Origin: Patescibacteria group bacterium UBA6201
GTDB taxonomy: Bacteria; Patescibacteriota; Minisyncoccia; Phycocordibacterales; UBA918
Length of the DNA: 64,000 bases
Assembly (NCBI GenBank): GCA_002422025.1
Contig: DISV01000005.1
Location: 51,617-115,616, forward strand
Direction of reading: 5' to 3'
Of this stretch, positions 10,510 through 19,887 are shown piece after piece. The notes under the pieces were generated by a model that was not told where the DNA came from, made no database searches, and was given only the letters and a program-made list of their open reading frames with translations. How positions within the stretch are numbered: the first letter of the stretch is position 1; each line of letters begins with the position of its first letter. The position numbers and the translations under genes were made by a program.

Positions 10510-11604
10510 TTATTCTGAATCTGTTCGCACCTCAAAACCACCATCTTTTAAGTGGAGCTCTCGCTTGGCCTCGCTCATATCATGCTCAACCATTTCCTTA
10601 ACCATTTCTTTAAAACCGATACGACGCTTCCAGTTTAATTTTTGTTCAGCGTGACTTGGGTCACCAAGTAGATTCTCTACTTCAGTTGGTCGATAGTACC
10701 GAGGATCAACGGCCACCACCACCTTACCAGTTGACACATCAATGCCTGTTTCGTTTTCACCCTCACCTTCAAAATTAAGCTGGATACCCACTTCCTCAAA
10801 AGCTAACTTACAAAAATCACGCACACTGTATTGTTCACCGGTTGCAAGTATATAATCGTCGGGCAGGTCTTGCTGAAGCATTAGCCACATACCTTCAACA
10901 TAGTCTTTGGCATGACCCCAGTCGCGTAAAGCATTTAGGTTGCCTAAATACACAGTGTTCTGTAGTCCAAGTTTAATGCGACTGACTGCACGAGTGATTT
11001 TTCGAGTTACAAAAGTCTCTCCACGACGAGAGGATTCATGATTGAAAAGAATTCCATTACTTGCGTGTATACCGTACGCCTCACGATAATTAATCGTAAT
11101 CCAGTGAGCATAGAGTTTGGCGACGCCATACGGACTGCGGGGATAGAAGGGGGTATTAAGAGATTGAGGTGCAGGAGCCGCGCCAAACATTTCCGAAGTT
11201 GAGGCCTGATAGAAGCGGGTCTTTTTTTCTAGACCAAGGAGACGAATAGCTTCTAGAATTCTAAGTGTGCCAAGGCCATCAATATCACCCACATACTCAG
11301 GAGTTTCAAAGGAGACCTTCACGTGACTCATGGCACCAAGGTTGTATATTTCGTCAGGCTGCACCTCTTGTATGAGGCGGATAGTGTTGGTGCTGTCACT
11401 TAGGTCACCATAGTGGAGTATAAGCTTTCGATCTTTCATTTCTGGCCCTTGGTACAGGTAATCAATTCGTTCAGTATTGAAGGAACTTGAACGACGAATA
11501 ATTCCGTGTACCTCGTACCCCTTCTCAATCAGTAGCTCAGCAAGGTAGGACCCATCCTGTCCGGTGATTCCAGTAATCAGTGCTTTTTTCATGTTAGTAG
11601 ACAT
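10510..11604 (-). CDS. gmd: GDP-mannose 4,6-dehydratase (start 11604 or 11592, not 11679)
   Basis: [50 protein letters not shown]. Confidence 0.96.
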   Translation of the reverse strand: MSTNMKKALITGITGQDGSYLAELLIEKGYEVHGIIRRSSSFNTERIDYLYQGPEMKDRKLILHYGDLSDSTNTIRLIQEVQPDEIYNLGAMSHVKVSFETPEYVGDIDGLGTLRILEAIRLLGLEKKTRFYQASTSEMFGAAPAPQSLNTPFYPRSPYGVAKLYAHWITINYREAYGIHASNGILFNHESSRRGETFVTRKITRAVSRIKLGLQNTVYLGNLNALRDWGHAKDYVEGMWLMLQQDLPDDYILATGEQYSVRDFCKLAFEEVGIQLNFEGEGENETGIDVSTGKVVVAVDPRYYRPTEVENLLGDPSHAEQKLNWKRRIGFKEMVKEMVEHDMSEAKRELHLKDGGFEVRTDSE

Positions 11605-11705
11605 TATATATGTATATGTCTGGAGAAGTAAAATTTTAATACCTCCATATTTAATATTGGCTTTGGTCAAAAGTGACACTTGCGGTATAGTTTCTCCAAT
11701 ATGAA

Positions 11706-11985
11706 TCCCGTTAGAGTTTAATAGTGTTATGTACTACGTTTATATACTAAAAAGCGAAACTTCAGGACTTTGGTATACTGGCACAACCAATGATTTACGG
11801 AAGCGTTTAAGTCTACATAACAAGAAGCAATCGACTTGGACCAAAGGAGGAGTTCCGTGGACATTGATTTATTACGAAGCGAGTTTATCAAAGGAAGACG
11901 CTTTTGCTCGAGAAATTTACCTCAAGACAGGTATGGGTAAGAGGTACCTCAAGAATAGACTCAAATGCTTCCTAACTCTAACGGG
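11706..11985 (+). mobile_element. 280-bp start-codon-inserted element carrying a GIY-YIG gene (copy 1)
   Basis: Inverted ends TCCCGTTAGAGTT (11706) / AACTCTAACGGG (to 11985); flanked by direct repeat ATGAA at 11701-11705 and 11986-11990. Confidence 0.75.
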
Positions 11986-11989
11986 ATGA
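11729..11989 (+). CDS. Small GIY-YIG nuclease (UPF0213/Slx1-like)
   Basis: YYVYIL...[16 protein letters not shown]...W.LIYYE...AFAREIYLK; its TGA stop overlaps the ATGA of the next gene. Confidence 0.9.
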   Translation: MYYVYILKSETSGLWYTGTTNDLRKRLSLHNKKQSTWTKGGVPWTLIYYEASLSKEDAFAREIYLKTGMGKRYLKNRLKCFLTLTG

Positions 11990-14199
11990 AAGACTTACTT
12001 AAATGGGTGATGTACGGGGCGGTGTTTACGGTCCCTTTTGTTTTATTGATAGTTTCTGGGTCCATGTTCTTTCCGTTCATTACGGGAAAAAACTTCGCTT
12101 TTAGAATTTTGGTGGAGATTGGCTTTACTGCTTGGGTGCTTTTGATGTTGATTGATCAGGTGTATCGTCCACGTTTGTCATATATATGGTATGCGATACT
12201 CGGTCTCCTGGGCGTAATGTTTATCGCCAATCTCTTTGGTGAATACTCACCAAAGAGTTTTTGGAGTAATTACGAACGTATGGAAGGTTGGGTGACACTA
12301 CTGCACTTCTCAATGTACTTTGTGGTGCTAGGGTCAGCTTTGACTACTGAAAAGCTATGGAATCGCTTTTTTAATGTTGCTTTGGTAGCGGCGGTAATTA
12401 TGTCTCTGTACGCACTTGGGCAGGTATCTGGCGTGACAGAGGTTAGTCAGGGAGCGAATTGGCGAGTAGACGGACGTCTTGGTAACTCCTCATACCTTGG
12501 TGTTTATATGTTGTTCCATATATTCATAGCGGCCTGGTTGCTCATCCGCACCAAGGCGATTAATCTGAAAATTCTTTATGGTGGATTGATCGCGCTTTTT
12601 GTCTTCATTCTGACGCAGACTGGTACTCGTGGTGCGGTGTATGGCTTGATTGGTGGCAGTATTTTGGCCTTCTTGTACTTGGCTATAATGGCGCCAAAGG
12701 GTGCCGCTATTAAAAAATGGGCTCTAGGCGGATTATTGGTTGTGGTTCTTTTGGTCGGGGGGGTGTGGTCTATTCGCGATACGGAGTTTGTGAAGAACAG
12801 TCCAGTCTTAAGTCGTTTTGCCGGCACGACTTTGTCTGAAGGTAATATTCGCTTCATGGTCTGGCAAATGGCTATAGAAGGAGTGAAGGAAAGGCCGATT
12901 TTGGGCTGGGGACAGGAGAATTTCAGCTATGTGTTTAATAAATATTACAATCCGGCACTTTATGGTGCGGAGCCTTGGTATGACCGTACCCACAATATCT
13001 TTTTCGACTGGCTCATTGCTGGTGGGGTATTGGGGTTGTTTGCTTATCTAGCGATACTTATCAGTAGCTTGTGGTATTCGGTACTGCAACCTTTCTATGT
13101 TCGTCTTAAAAATGGTGTTGATACTCATATACATTTCTCTGTATATGAGCAAGCTCTCATTTTGGGTCTTCTGGCAGCGTATATGTTCCATAACTTGTTT
13201 GTCTTTGACAACCTGGCCAGCTGGATTTTCTACGCGGTAGTATTGGCGCTCATTCATAGTCGAGTCAGTTACGAATGGAAATCTATTTCAAGTATTACCT
13301 TTAGTCAGGCTGTCTGGCACAACGTTGTCTTGCCAAGTGGGGCTGTTGTTCTTTTGCTCACGATTTACTTTGTGAACGTCCCATCAATGTTGGCTGCACA
13401 AAATATTATTGATGCTTATCGGGCCACTGGAGTCTCTCCCAAACTAGAGATGTTTGAAAAGGCTTTTAACCGAGGTGGTTTCGCTGACCAAGAAATATTT
13501 GAACAAACCGCTCAGGTTGGCGGGCAACTCTATAGCAATCCTGCTGCCAGTGAGTCTGATAAGGAGGCTATAGTAAATTTGTTTACTAGGTTGGAAGGGG
13601 AGATGATGGCAAAGAAGCCAAATGACGCACGGCTCTACATTGTCGCTAGCAACTTCTATCGAACGATGGGGGATTTGAATTTGACAATGTCGTCTCTCGA
13701 TAAGGCTGAAAAGCTTTCTCCAAACAAACAAGCAATAAAAGAAGAACAAGGTGTCGTATATATGATGGCGGGACGAAGTGAGGAAGCAATTGAACGTTTT
13801 CAAACCGCCTACGAATTAGATGAAAGAAACGAAAGAGGGAAAGTACGTCTAGCGACCGCATATCTTTTTGCTGACAATCAAGCAGAATTTGAGAAGTTGA
13901 TAAACTTAGAGACCCTACATGAAAATCCCGGCCTTCTATCTGTAGTGATAAACGAACCATTGCTCTTGTCGGTTGCTTATCAGAAGAAAGATTACCCTCT
14001 CTTAGAATTCATTACTAAAGAGAGAATCCAAGTGGCACCATCGGAGCAGGGCCTTCGGACTAATTTGGCAGCTTTGTATTTTGAACAAGGTAAGTATGGT
14101 GATGCTAGAACAGTGATAGAAAAGGCTATTGCAGAAATACCAGCCTTCAAGGCTGAAGGTGAAGCGCTATTAGAAGAAATAGATTCGGCCCAAAACTAG
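11986..14199 (+). CDS. O-antigen ligase/O-oligosaccharyltransferase family membrane protein with C-terminal TPRs
   Basis: Multi-TM; GRLGNSSYLG, TGTRGA, RPILGWGQENF, DRTHNIFFD; TPR-like tail. True start taken as 11986 because MLPNSNG comes from the inserted element. Confidence 0.85.
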   Translation: MKDLLKWVMYGAVFTVPFVLLIVSGSMFFPFITGKNFAFRILVEIGFTAWVLLMLIDQVYRPRLSYIWYAILGLLGVMFIANLFGEYSPKSFWSNYERMEGWVTLLHFSMYFVVLGSALTTEKLWNRFFNVALVAAVIMSLYALGQVSGVTEVSQGANWRVDGRLGNSSYLGVYMLFHIFIAAWLLIRTKAINLKILYGGLIALFVFILTQTGTRGAVYGLIGGSILAFLYLAIMAPKGAAIKKWALGGLLVVVLLVGGVWSIRDTEFVKNSPVLSRFAGTTLSEGNIRFMVWQMAIEGVKERPILGWGQENFSYVFNKYYNPALYGAEPWYDRTHNIFFDWLIAGGVLGLFAYLAILISSLWYSVLQPFYVRLKNGVDTHIHFSVYEQALILGLLAAYMFHNLFVFDNLASWIFYAVVLALIHSRVSYEWKSISSITFSQAVWHNVVLPSGAVVLLLTIYFVNVPSMLAAQNIIDAYRATGVSPKLEMFEKAFNRGGFADQEIFEQTAQVGGQLYSNPAASESDKEAIVNLFTRLEGEMMAKKPNDARLYIVASNFYRTMGDLNLTMSSLDKAEKLSPNKQAIKEEQGVVYMMAGRSEEAIERFQTAYELDERNERGKVRLATAYLFADNQAEFEKLINLETLHENPGLLSVVINEPLLLSVAYQKKDYPLLEFITKERIQVAPSEQGLRTNLAALYFEQGKYGDARTVIEKAIAEIPAFKAEGEALLEEIDSAQN

Positions 14200-14200
14200 T

Positions 14201-15223
14201 ATGCACAGAGATATTAAAGAGAACGTACTCTTGTCACAGTACACGACTTTTGGTATCGGCGGAGAGGCAGAATTTTTTGCAGTTGCGGAAAATGAGGAAG
14301 ACCTAGTCTGGCTTGCAGGCCACGCCTTGGAGCGCGGTCTTCCAGTTAGTATTTTGGGGGGAGGATCAAATCTCTTGGTGGGTGACAGGGGTGTTACGGG
14401 TCTTGTTATTAAAAACGAGATTAAAGGCATTAGTCATGAGGTCCAGGACGAAAATGTTTTGGTAACTGCTGGTGCAGGGGAGGAATGGGATTCTTTTGTT
14501 CTGCACACAGTGAAAGCAGGTTGGTGGGGCCTAGAAAATCTTTCAGCCATTCCTGGTACGGTGGGAGCAACACCAATACAAAATGTTGGCGCGTACGGTG
14601 TTGAGGTAGGGGGGCTGATTAAGGAAGTAAAAGTCTATTCGCTTCGTGAACAGAAATTCTTAGTGATGACTCAAGCGGAATGTTGCTTTGGTTATCGTGA
14701 TTCTATTTTTAAATCAGAGTTGGGCAGGGACTTAGTAGTTGTCAGTGTGACCTATGCTTTACGTGTTACTCCTAACCCACAAATTCACTACAAGGATTTG
14801 GCAGAATATTTTTCCAGTCGAGTAGGACTCCCTTCACAGGAAGAGATTCGAAACGCAGTAATAGAGATTAGATCAAAAAAATTTCCTGACTGGAAACAAC
14901 TTGGTACTGCTGGATCGTTTTTCAAAAACCCTATCATTAGTACGGAGCATTTCAATAAACTCTCAGAGCTATATGCTGGTTTACCAGGGTATCTAACTAC
15001 GGATGGGATGATGAAGGTGTCACTCGGTTGGATATTAGACAAGGTGTGTGACCTACGAGGAGTTCGTGAGGGAAACGTAGGTACGTACGAAAAACAATCT
15101 TTAGTCTTGGTTAATTATGGGGGAGCAACAGAAGTGGAAGTGAGTAATTTTGCAGAGACTATAAAAGACGCAGTGTCAGAGAAGACGAAGATAGAAATTG
15201 AAATGGAACCACAGAGATGGTGA
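14201..15223 (+). CDS. murB: UDP-N-acetylenolpyruvoylglucosamine reductase
   Basis: TTFGIGG, LGGGSNLL, GLENLSAIPGTVGATPIQNVGAYG, FGYRDS, AGSFFKNP. Confidence 0.96.
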   Translation: MHRDIKENVLLSQYTTFGIGGEAEFFAVAENEEDLVWLAGHALERGLPVSILGGGSNLLVGDRGVTGLVIKNEIKGISHEVQDENVLVTAGAGEEWDSFVLHTVKAGWWGLENLSAIPGTVGATPIQNVGAYGVEVGGLIKEVKVYSLREQKFLVMTQAECCFGYRDSIFKSELGRDLVVVSVTYALRVTPNPQIHYKDLAEYFSSRVGLPSQEEIRNAVIEIRSKKFPDWKQLGTAGSFFKNPIISTEHFNKLSELYAGLPGYLTTDGMMKVSLGWILDKVCDLRGVREGNVGTYEKQSLVLVNYGGATEVEVSNFAETIKDAVSEKTKIEIEMEPQRW

Positions 15224-15236
15224 GGAACGAATAAGC

Positions 15237-15280
15237 AAAAACAGCGCGACAATTTTATACAAAATTGTCGCGCTGTTTTT
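15237..15280. terminator. 20-bp perfect hairpin after murB
   Basis: AAAAACAGCGCGACAATTTT-atac-AAAATTGTCGCGCTGTTTTT. Confidence 0.7.
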
Positions 15281-15512
15281 ATTTTTACAAAAAAATCTAA
15301 TCAAAATGTTTTTTTATTTTTTAAAAAAATAAATTTATGATTTGATAAGTAAAAAATAAAATTTTGACTTATCCCCAACAAAAAAATATTTATGCTGTTA
15401 AAAAATATTTTGTGCGTGATAATTATAGATAAGCAGATATTTTTTCTAAAAACTTTTTAAAAAAATATCGCGGTCGAAGTTTTTTATAAATACAAATTTC
15501 TCATCACACATC

Positions 15513-15674
15513 ATGCCAGCAAAAAAGAAGAAGGCACGTAAGGTAGCAAAGAAAGCTACTAAGAAAGTAGCCAAGAAGAAGACTGCAAAGAAAGCTGCAA
15601 AGAAAGCTACTAAGAAAGTAGCCAAGAAGAAGACTGCAAAGAAAGCTGCGAAGAAGACCGCTCGTCGAAAATAA
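15513..15674 (+). CDS. Histone H1-like Lys/Ala-rich small basic protein (53 aa)
   Basis: Not in track: MPAKKKKARKVAKKATKKVAKKKTAKKAAKKATKKVAKKKTAKKAAKKTARRK*; internal 51-bp duplication; followed by terminator. Confidence 0.8.
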   Translation: MPAKKKKARKVAKKATKKVAKKKTAKKAAKKATKKVAKKKTAKKAAKKTARRK

Positions 15675-15686
15675 TCTCCTAGCTTA

Positions 15687-15722
15687 GAAAACGCCGCACA
15701 CACTGTGCGGCGTTTTCTTTTC
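15687..15722 (+). terminator. Rho-independent terminator
   Basis: GAAAACGCCGCACA-cac-TGTGCGGCGTTTTC followed by T tract. Confidence 0.75.
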
Positions 15723-15822
15723 ATCCGCATTTACAGGTGTATAAATTACGCAGTCTACGGGACAGTTTCGTGGCAGGTCCGATTTGTGATATGCTGATTT
15801 TCTGCTCAATTATCCTTTCATT

Positions 15823-18336
15823 ATGTCAATTTTAGACCGATTTTTTGGACCCTCCTATACCAAGGAGTTGAAGACGATTAAACCCTTAGTTAACAAGGTA
15901 AATTCTTTAGAAGCCGATCTTTCTACCTTGTCATTAGACGAATTGAAGGAAAAGACTGCAGGCCTGAAGTCCCGCCTTAAGGGTGGTGAGAGTGTTGAGT
16001 CAGTTCTACCAGAGGCTTTTGCTTTGGTTCGGGAATCTGCTAAGCGTACTTTAGGACTTAGACACTACGACGTACAGATTATTGGCGGTACACTTCTACA
16101 TCGCGGAAAGATAACGGAAATGCGTACTGGAGAAGGAAAGACTTTGGTGGGTACTCTACCGGCTTACTTAAATGCCTTGTATGGAGAAGGTGTTCATATC
16201 ATTACTGTTAATGATTATTTGGCACGACGTGATGCTGTTTGGATGGGCCAGGTTTATACGGCACTCGGACTTTCAGTGGGTGTCATCAATCACAACGCTT
16301 CTTATTTATATGACGAGTCACATCAAGAAAGTGATGAACTACGCGACCAAGAAGGTTCTTTCAAGGTTCATTATGAATTCTTGCGTCCTTGTACTAGAAA
16401 GGAAGCTTACTTAGCCGACGTGACTTACGGTACGAATAGTGAATTTGGTTTTGACTACTTGCGCGACAATATTGAATTTGAAGCTGATAAGATTCGTCAA
16501 CGTGGTCACAAGTACGCTATTGTGGATGAGATAGACTCAATCTTGATTGATGAGGCTCGTACTCCGCTTATTATATCCGCACCGGCAGATACGGGAGCTG
16601 ACCTTTATAAGACTTTCTCCAGAGTAGCTGCGCGGTTGGTTTTGGATGAACACTACTTGGTGGATGAGAAGCACAAGAGTGCTACCTTAACTGACGCTGG
16701 AGTGGAGGAAGCAGAGAAGATGTTGGGCCTTGATAATATTTATACTGATAAAGGCATCAAGTATGTACACCATCTAGAAACAGCTGTGCGGGCGAAGGCT
16801 TTATATAACCGTGACAAAGAATACGTAGTGCGTGACGGTGAAGTGGTAATTGTAGACGAATTTACTGGACGTCTTCAGCCGGGACGTCGATGGTCTGATG
16901 GTCTTCATCAGGCTGTAGAAGCTAAAGAAGGAGTTGAGATTCAACGTGAGAGTCGTACTTATGCCTCTATCACTTACCAAAATTACTTCCGCATGTACGA
17001 CAAGCTTTCGGGAATGACAGGGACCGCCCTTACTTCAGCCGAAGAGTTTTATACCGTTTATGGTCTAGAGGTTGTGCCAGTCCCAACTAATACAGAGGTG
17101 GTTCGAATCGACAAGAATGACCTTATCTTCCAGACTGAAAAAGGAAAGTTTGCGGCCATTGCGCGCAAGGTAAAAGAGATAAACTCTACAGGACAGCCAC
17201 TCTTGATTGGTTCAGCCTCAATAGATAAGAATGAGCTCTTGTCTTCCGAACTACATAAAGAAGGCATTAAACACGAAATCTTAAACGCCAAGAATCATGA
17301 GCGGGAAGGAGAGATAATCGCGGAAGCGGGAAGAAAGGGTGCAGTTACCTTAGCTACCAACATGGCTGGTCGCGGTGTCGACATTAAACTTGGTGGTGCT
17401 ACAGCTAGCAAAGATGAAACAGAAGAAGTTAAGAGCTTAGGAGGATTGTTTGTCCTTGGTACTGAGCGTCATGAGGCGCGTCGTATCGACAACCAGCTAC
17501 GTGGACGTTCTGGTCGTCAGGGAGATCCTGGTGAGACACAGTTTTATGTTTCGATGGAGGACTCACTGATGCGAGTCTTTGGTGGAGATCGTATCAAGAG
17601 TTTGATGGGTTCATTTGGGATACCGGAAGATCAGCCGATAGAAAACCGTATACTAAATAAACAGCTTGAGGCTGCCCAGACTCGTATTGAGGGCTTTCAT
17701 TTCGACGCTCGTAAACAAGTTTTGGCTTATGACGATGTTATCAATAAGCAACGACAAGTCATCTATGCACGGCGCAGTCGTTTGCTCCTTGGTGATCAAG
17801 CAGAGGTAAATCAGATGTTGTCTGAGGTGACTGAATTATTGCCAGAAACAGCAGAGATATTAGATAAGAAAAAAATGGAGTTCGGAGAAGCAGCTTGGTC
17901 GGAAATAATCCGCAAACTCTTCCTACAAGTAACGGACATCATTTGGGTGGAGCATTTGGAGGTGATGAATTACACACGCTCTAGCGTGACTCTGCGTGCC
18001 TACGGACAGCGGGACCCATTGATTGAGTACCGAAAGGAGGCGTCCAGGCTCTTTAAAGAGATGCAAGAGAGTACTTTAAGGCGAGTCGCCGAGATACTAC
18101 CTAATGTCCAGCCTGAGGCCATTGCTAAAGAAGAAGAGGAATTAAAACGAGTAGCCAAGGCGGCGCAAGCCATTGGTGACAAGGTTGATAATAAAAAAGG
18201 TCCGCGTAGCAGTGATAAGTCTTACGGACGCAATGACCTCGTCAAGATTACTGACGGCACGAACGTAAAAGAAATGAAATTCAAGAAGGCTGAAGCACTT
18301 CTCGATAGCGGAGAATGGAAGTTGGTGACCAACTAG
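15823..18336 (+). CDS. secA: Protein translocase ATPase SecA
   Basis: EMRTGEGKT, VTVNDYLA, VDEIDSILIDEARTPLIIS, ATNMAGRG, RRIDNQLRGRSGRQGDPG. Confidence 0.98.
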   Translation: MSILDRFFGPSYTKELKTIKPLVNKVNSLEADLSTLSLDELKEKTAGLKSRLKGGESVESVLPEAFALVRESAKRTLGLRHYDVQIIGGTLLHRGKITEMRTGEGKTLVGTLPAYLNALYGEGVHIITVNDYLARRDAVWMGQVYTALGLSVGVINHNASYLYDESHQESDELRDQEGSFKVHYEFLRPCTRKEAYLADVTYGTNSEFGFDYLRDNIEFEADKIRQRGHKYAIVDEIDSILIDEARTPLIISAPADTGADLYKTFSRVAARLVLDEHYLVDEKHKSATLTDAGVEEAEKMLGLDNIYTDKGIKYVHHLETAVRAKALYNRDKEYVVRDGEVVIVDEFTGRLQPGRRWSDGLHQAVEAKEGVEIQRESRTYASITYQNYFRMYDKLSGMTGTALTSAEEFYTVYGLEVVPVPTNTEVVRIDKNDLIFQTEKGKFAAIARKVKEINSTGQPLLIGSASIDKNELLSSELHKEGIKHEILNAKNHEREGEIIAEAGRKGAVTLATNMAGRGVDIKLGGATASKDETEEVKSLGGLFVLGTERHEARRIDNQLRGRSGRQGDPGETQFYVSMEDSLMRVFGGDRIKSLMGSFGIPEDQPIENRILNKQLEAAQTRIEGFHFDARKQVLAYDDVINKQRQVIYARRSRLLLGDQAEVNQMLSEVTELLPETAEILDKKKMEFGEAAWSEIIRKLFLQVTDIIWVEHLEVMNYTRSSVTLRAYGQRDPLIEYRKEASRLFKEMQESTLRRVAEILPNVQPEAIAKEEEELKRVAKAAQAIGDKVDNKKGPRSSDKSYGRNDLVKITDGTNVKEMKFKKAEALLDSGEWKLVTN

Positions 18337-18383
18337 AAGGTACAAAAATCCCCTGCAGTGCAGGGAATTTTTGTACCTTCTAG
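18333..18383. terminator. Long CTAG-bounded hairpin at secA stop
   Basis: CTAGAAGGTACAAAAATCCCCTGCA-g-TGCAGGGAATTTTTGTACCTTCTAG (one mismatch). Confidence 0.65.
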
Positions 18384-18493
18384 AGTAGTTGTAGTAATCA
18401 GATTTGGGGTTAGTGTTTAATAGTGCTAATTATGGGACAATTATAAAAGATGCGAATCAGTCAAGACCGTATCAGCTAACTTATTGTAAATAT

Positions 18494-18823
18494 ATGAAAC
18501 TCATTCTCCACGTACTCATCGTCGCTTTGGCCCTACTGGTATCTGCTTACATTATTCCAGGTATCGAAGTAGCTAGTGTCTATATAGCCATAATTGCGGC
18601 TTTGATACTTGGTCTACTCAACTTAGTCATAAGACCGATTCTGTTTATTCTAACCCTACCGTTGACCATCATAACCTTCGGACTTTTTGCCTTCGTCTTA
18701 AATGCGCTCATCTTTTGGTTCGCCGCTTCTTTCATCGAGGGCTTTACGGTCACTGGTTTTATACCCGCACTTTTAGGTTCTATCGTGGTATCAATTGCTA
18801 GTGCACTAGCAAGCAAGGAATAG
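18494..18823 (+). CDS. YvlD/phage-holin-family (4 TM) membrane protein
   Basis: PGIEV, LGLLNLVIRPILFILTLPLTIITFGLF..VLNA; start taken at ATG 18494. Confidence 0.85.
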   Translation: MKLILHVLIVALALLVSAYIIPGIEVASVYIAIIAALILGLLNLVIRPILFILTLPLTIITFGLFAFVLNALIFWFAASFIEGFTVTGFIPALLGSIVVSIASALASKE

Positions 18824-19002
18824 AACTTCCAAAAGGTCTTTAGAAAGCGTCCCACGCTTTCTCAACTCCAACTAGCACAACTGCACCACAAGGGCACTTC
18901 TTGTTTCAATGTCGCATTAGATTTCTTAAAGTTCTCGAGTCTGCAGATATAAAAAACACCGCACAGGTTGTGCGGTGTTTTTTATTTATGCTACGTCACT
19001 AG

Positions 19003-19680
19003 CTAGTTGCCGTCATCCTCATCCTCATCCTCGTCCTCGTCAGACTCAACGCTATCTACATCCTCATCCTCATCCTCGTCCTCGTCAGACTCAACGCTAT
19101 CTACATCTTCCTCCTCATCTTCCGCTACCTGGCTACGTAATTTTTGTAATTGTTCAATAGCTAATTTCAGTAGTGGACTATTGTCACCACGCTCAGCGTC
19201 AATTGTTTGTAGACGTTCGATAATTGCATCAAATAAAGCGGTGCGTTCACCGCTACGCATTTCTCTAGCGGCTTCACTGATCGTATTTCCTGGACCCGAA
19301 TTTAAGGAATCTTCATCGTCGTCATCAGTTGGCTGACCGGCTTTTTCACGAAGTTCTTTAATTCGTTCCTCTGCTTGTCTTCGTAGTTCTTCAAGTTGTT
19401 CTTTGTTTTTGGTACGGAGTTCTTCAACCTCAAGTTTTTGTTGGTCACTTAATTCATTAATAGCATCTTTGCTTTTTTCACGCATCTCATTAATGCGAGC
19501 TCGAGCTTCTTCTATACGTTGTTTAATTTGCTCTTTTTGTTCGCTACTTAGGTTGGAGCCGACAGTATCGGGTATAGTTTGGGCATTGGCAGTTGATACA
19601 AATGCTAATGCAAAAAAAACAGATAATATAAACCCGATTAATATGGTGGTTGGCAGTTTGTGGGCGGCGGTTTTTAACAT
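19003..19680 (-). CDS. Secreted/membrane-anchored coiled-coil protein with acidic repeat tail
   Basis: Signal-like ...FALAFVSTANAQ, E/K/Q-rich helix, DEDEDEDEDVDSVES repeat; start taken at 19680. Confidence 0.65.
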   Translation of the reverse strand: MLKTAAHKLPTTILIGFILSVFFALAFVSTANAQTIPDTVGSNLSSEQKEQIKQRIEEARARINEMREKSKDAINELSDQQKLEVEELRTKNKEQLEELRRQAEERIKELREKAGQPTDDDDEDSLNSGPGNTISEAAREMRSGERTALFDAIIERLQTIDAERGDNSPLLKLAIEQLQKLRSQVAEDEEEDVDSVESDEDEDEDEDVDSVESDEDEDEDEDDGN

Positions 19681-19887
19681 GTTGTATATTTTTGGTAAAT
19701 TAAATAAGAATAGAGGCCCGACCCAAACAGGGACGTGCCTCCAATGCGTATATAGTAACCCGTATTTGTCTAGACCGAATTGATGATTGTGGATAGTGGT
19801 TATTTGACCGAAGCTTCTAATGAAGAAATTCGCCATTTGTGTAAGTCATATACAGCTAAGCTAATTTGTGTTATTAATACGGCCACT

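Noticed and set aside
11965-11985. MLPNSNG N-terminal extension of the ligase
   Set aside because: Comes from the inserted element's right end; the duplicated ATGAA marks the native start.
15446-15730. Minus-strand 94-aa Phe/Ala-rich ORF
   Set aside because: Antisense shadow of the Lys/Ala-rich gene at 15513-15674.
18494-18823. Phage lysis holin
   Set aside because: YvlD-type membrane proteins are common chromosomal genes; no endolysin or phage context.
19007-19336. Poly-Ser plus-strand ORF (and His/Pro ORF 18975-19160)
   Set aside because: Shadows of the Asp/Glu repeat on the minus strand.
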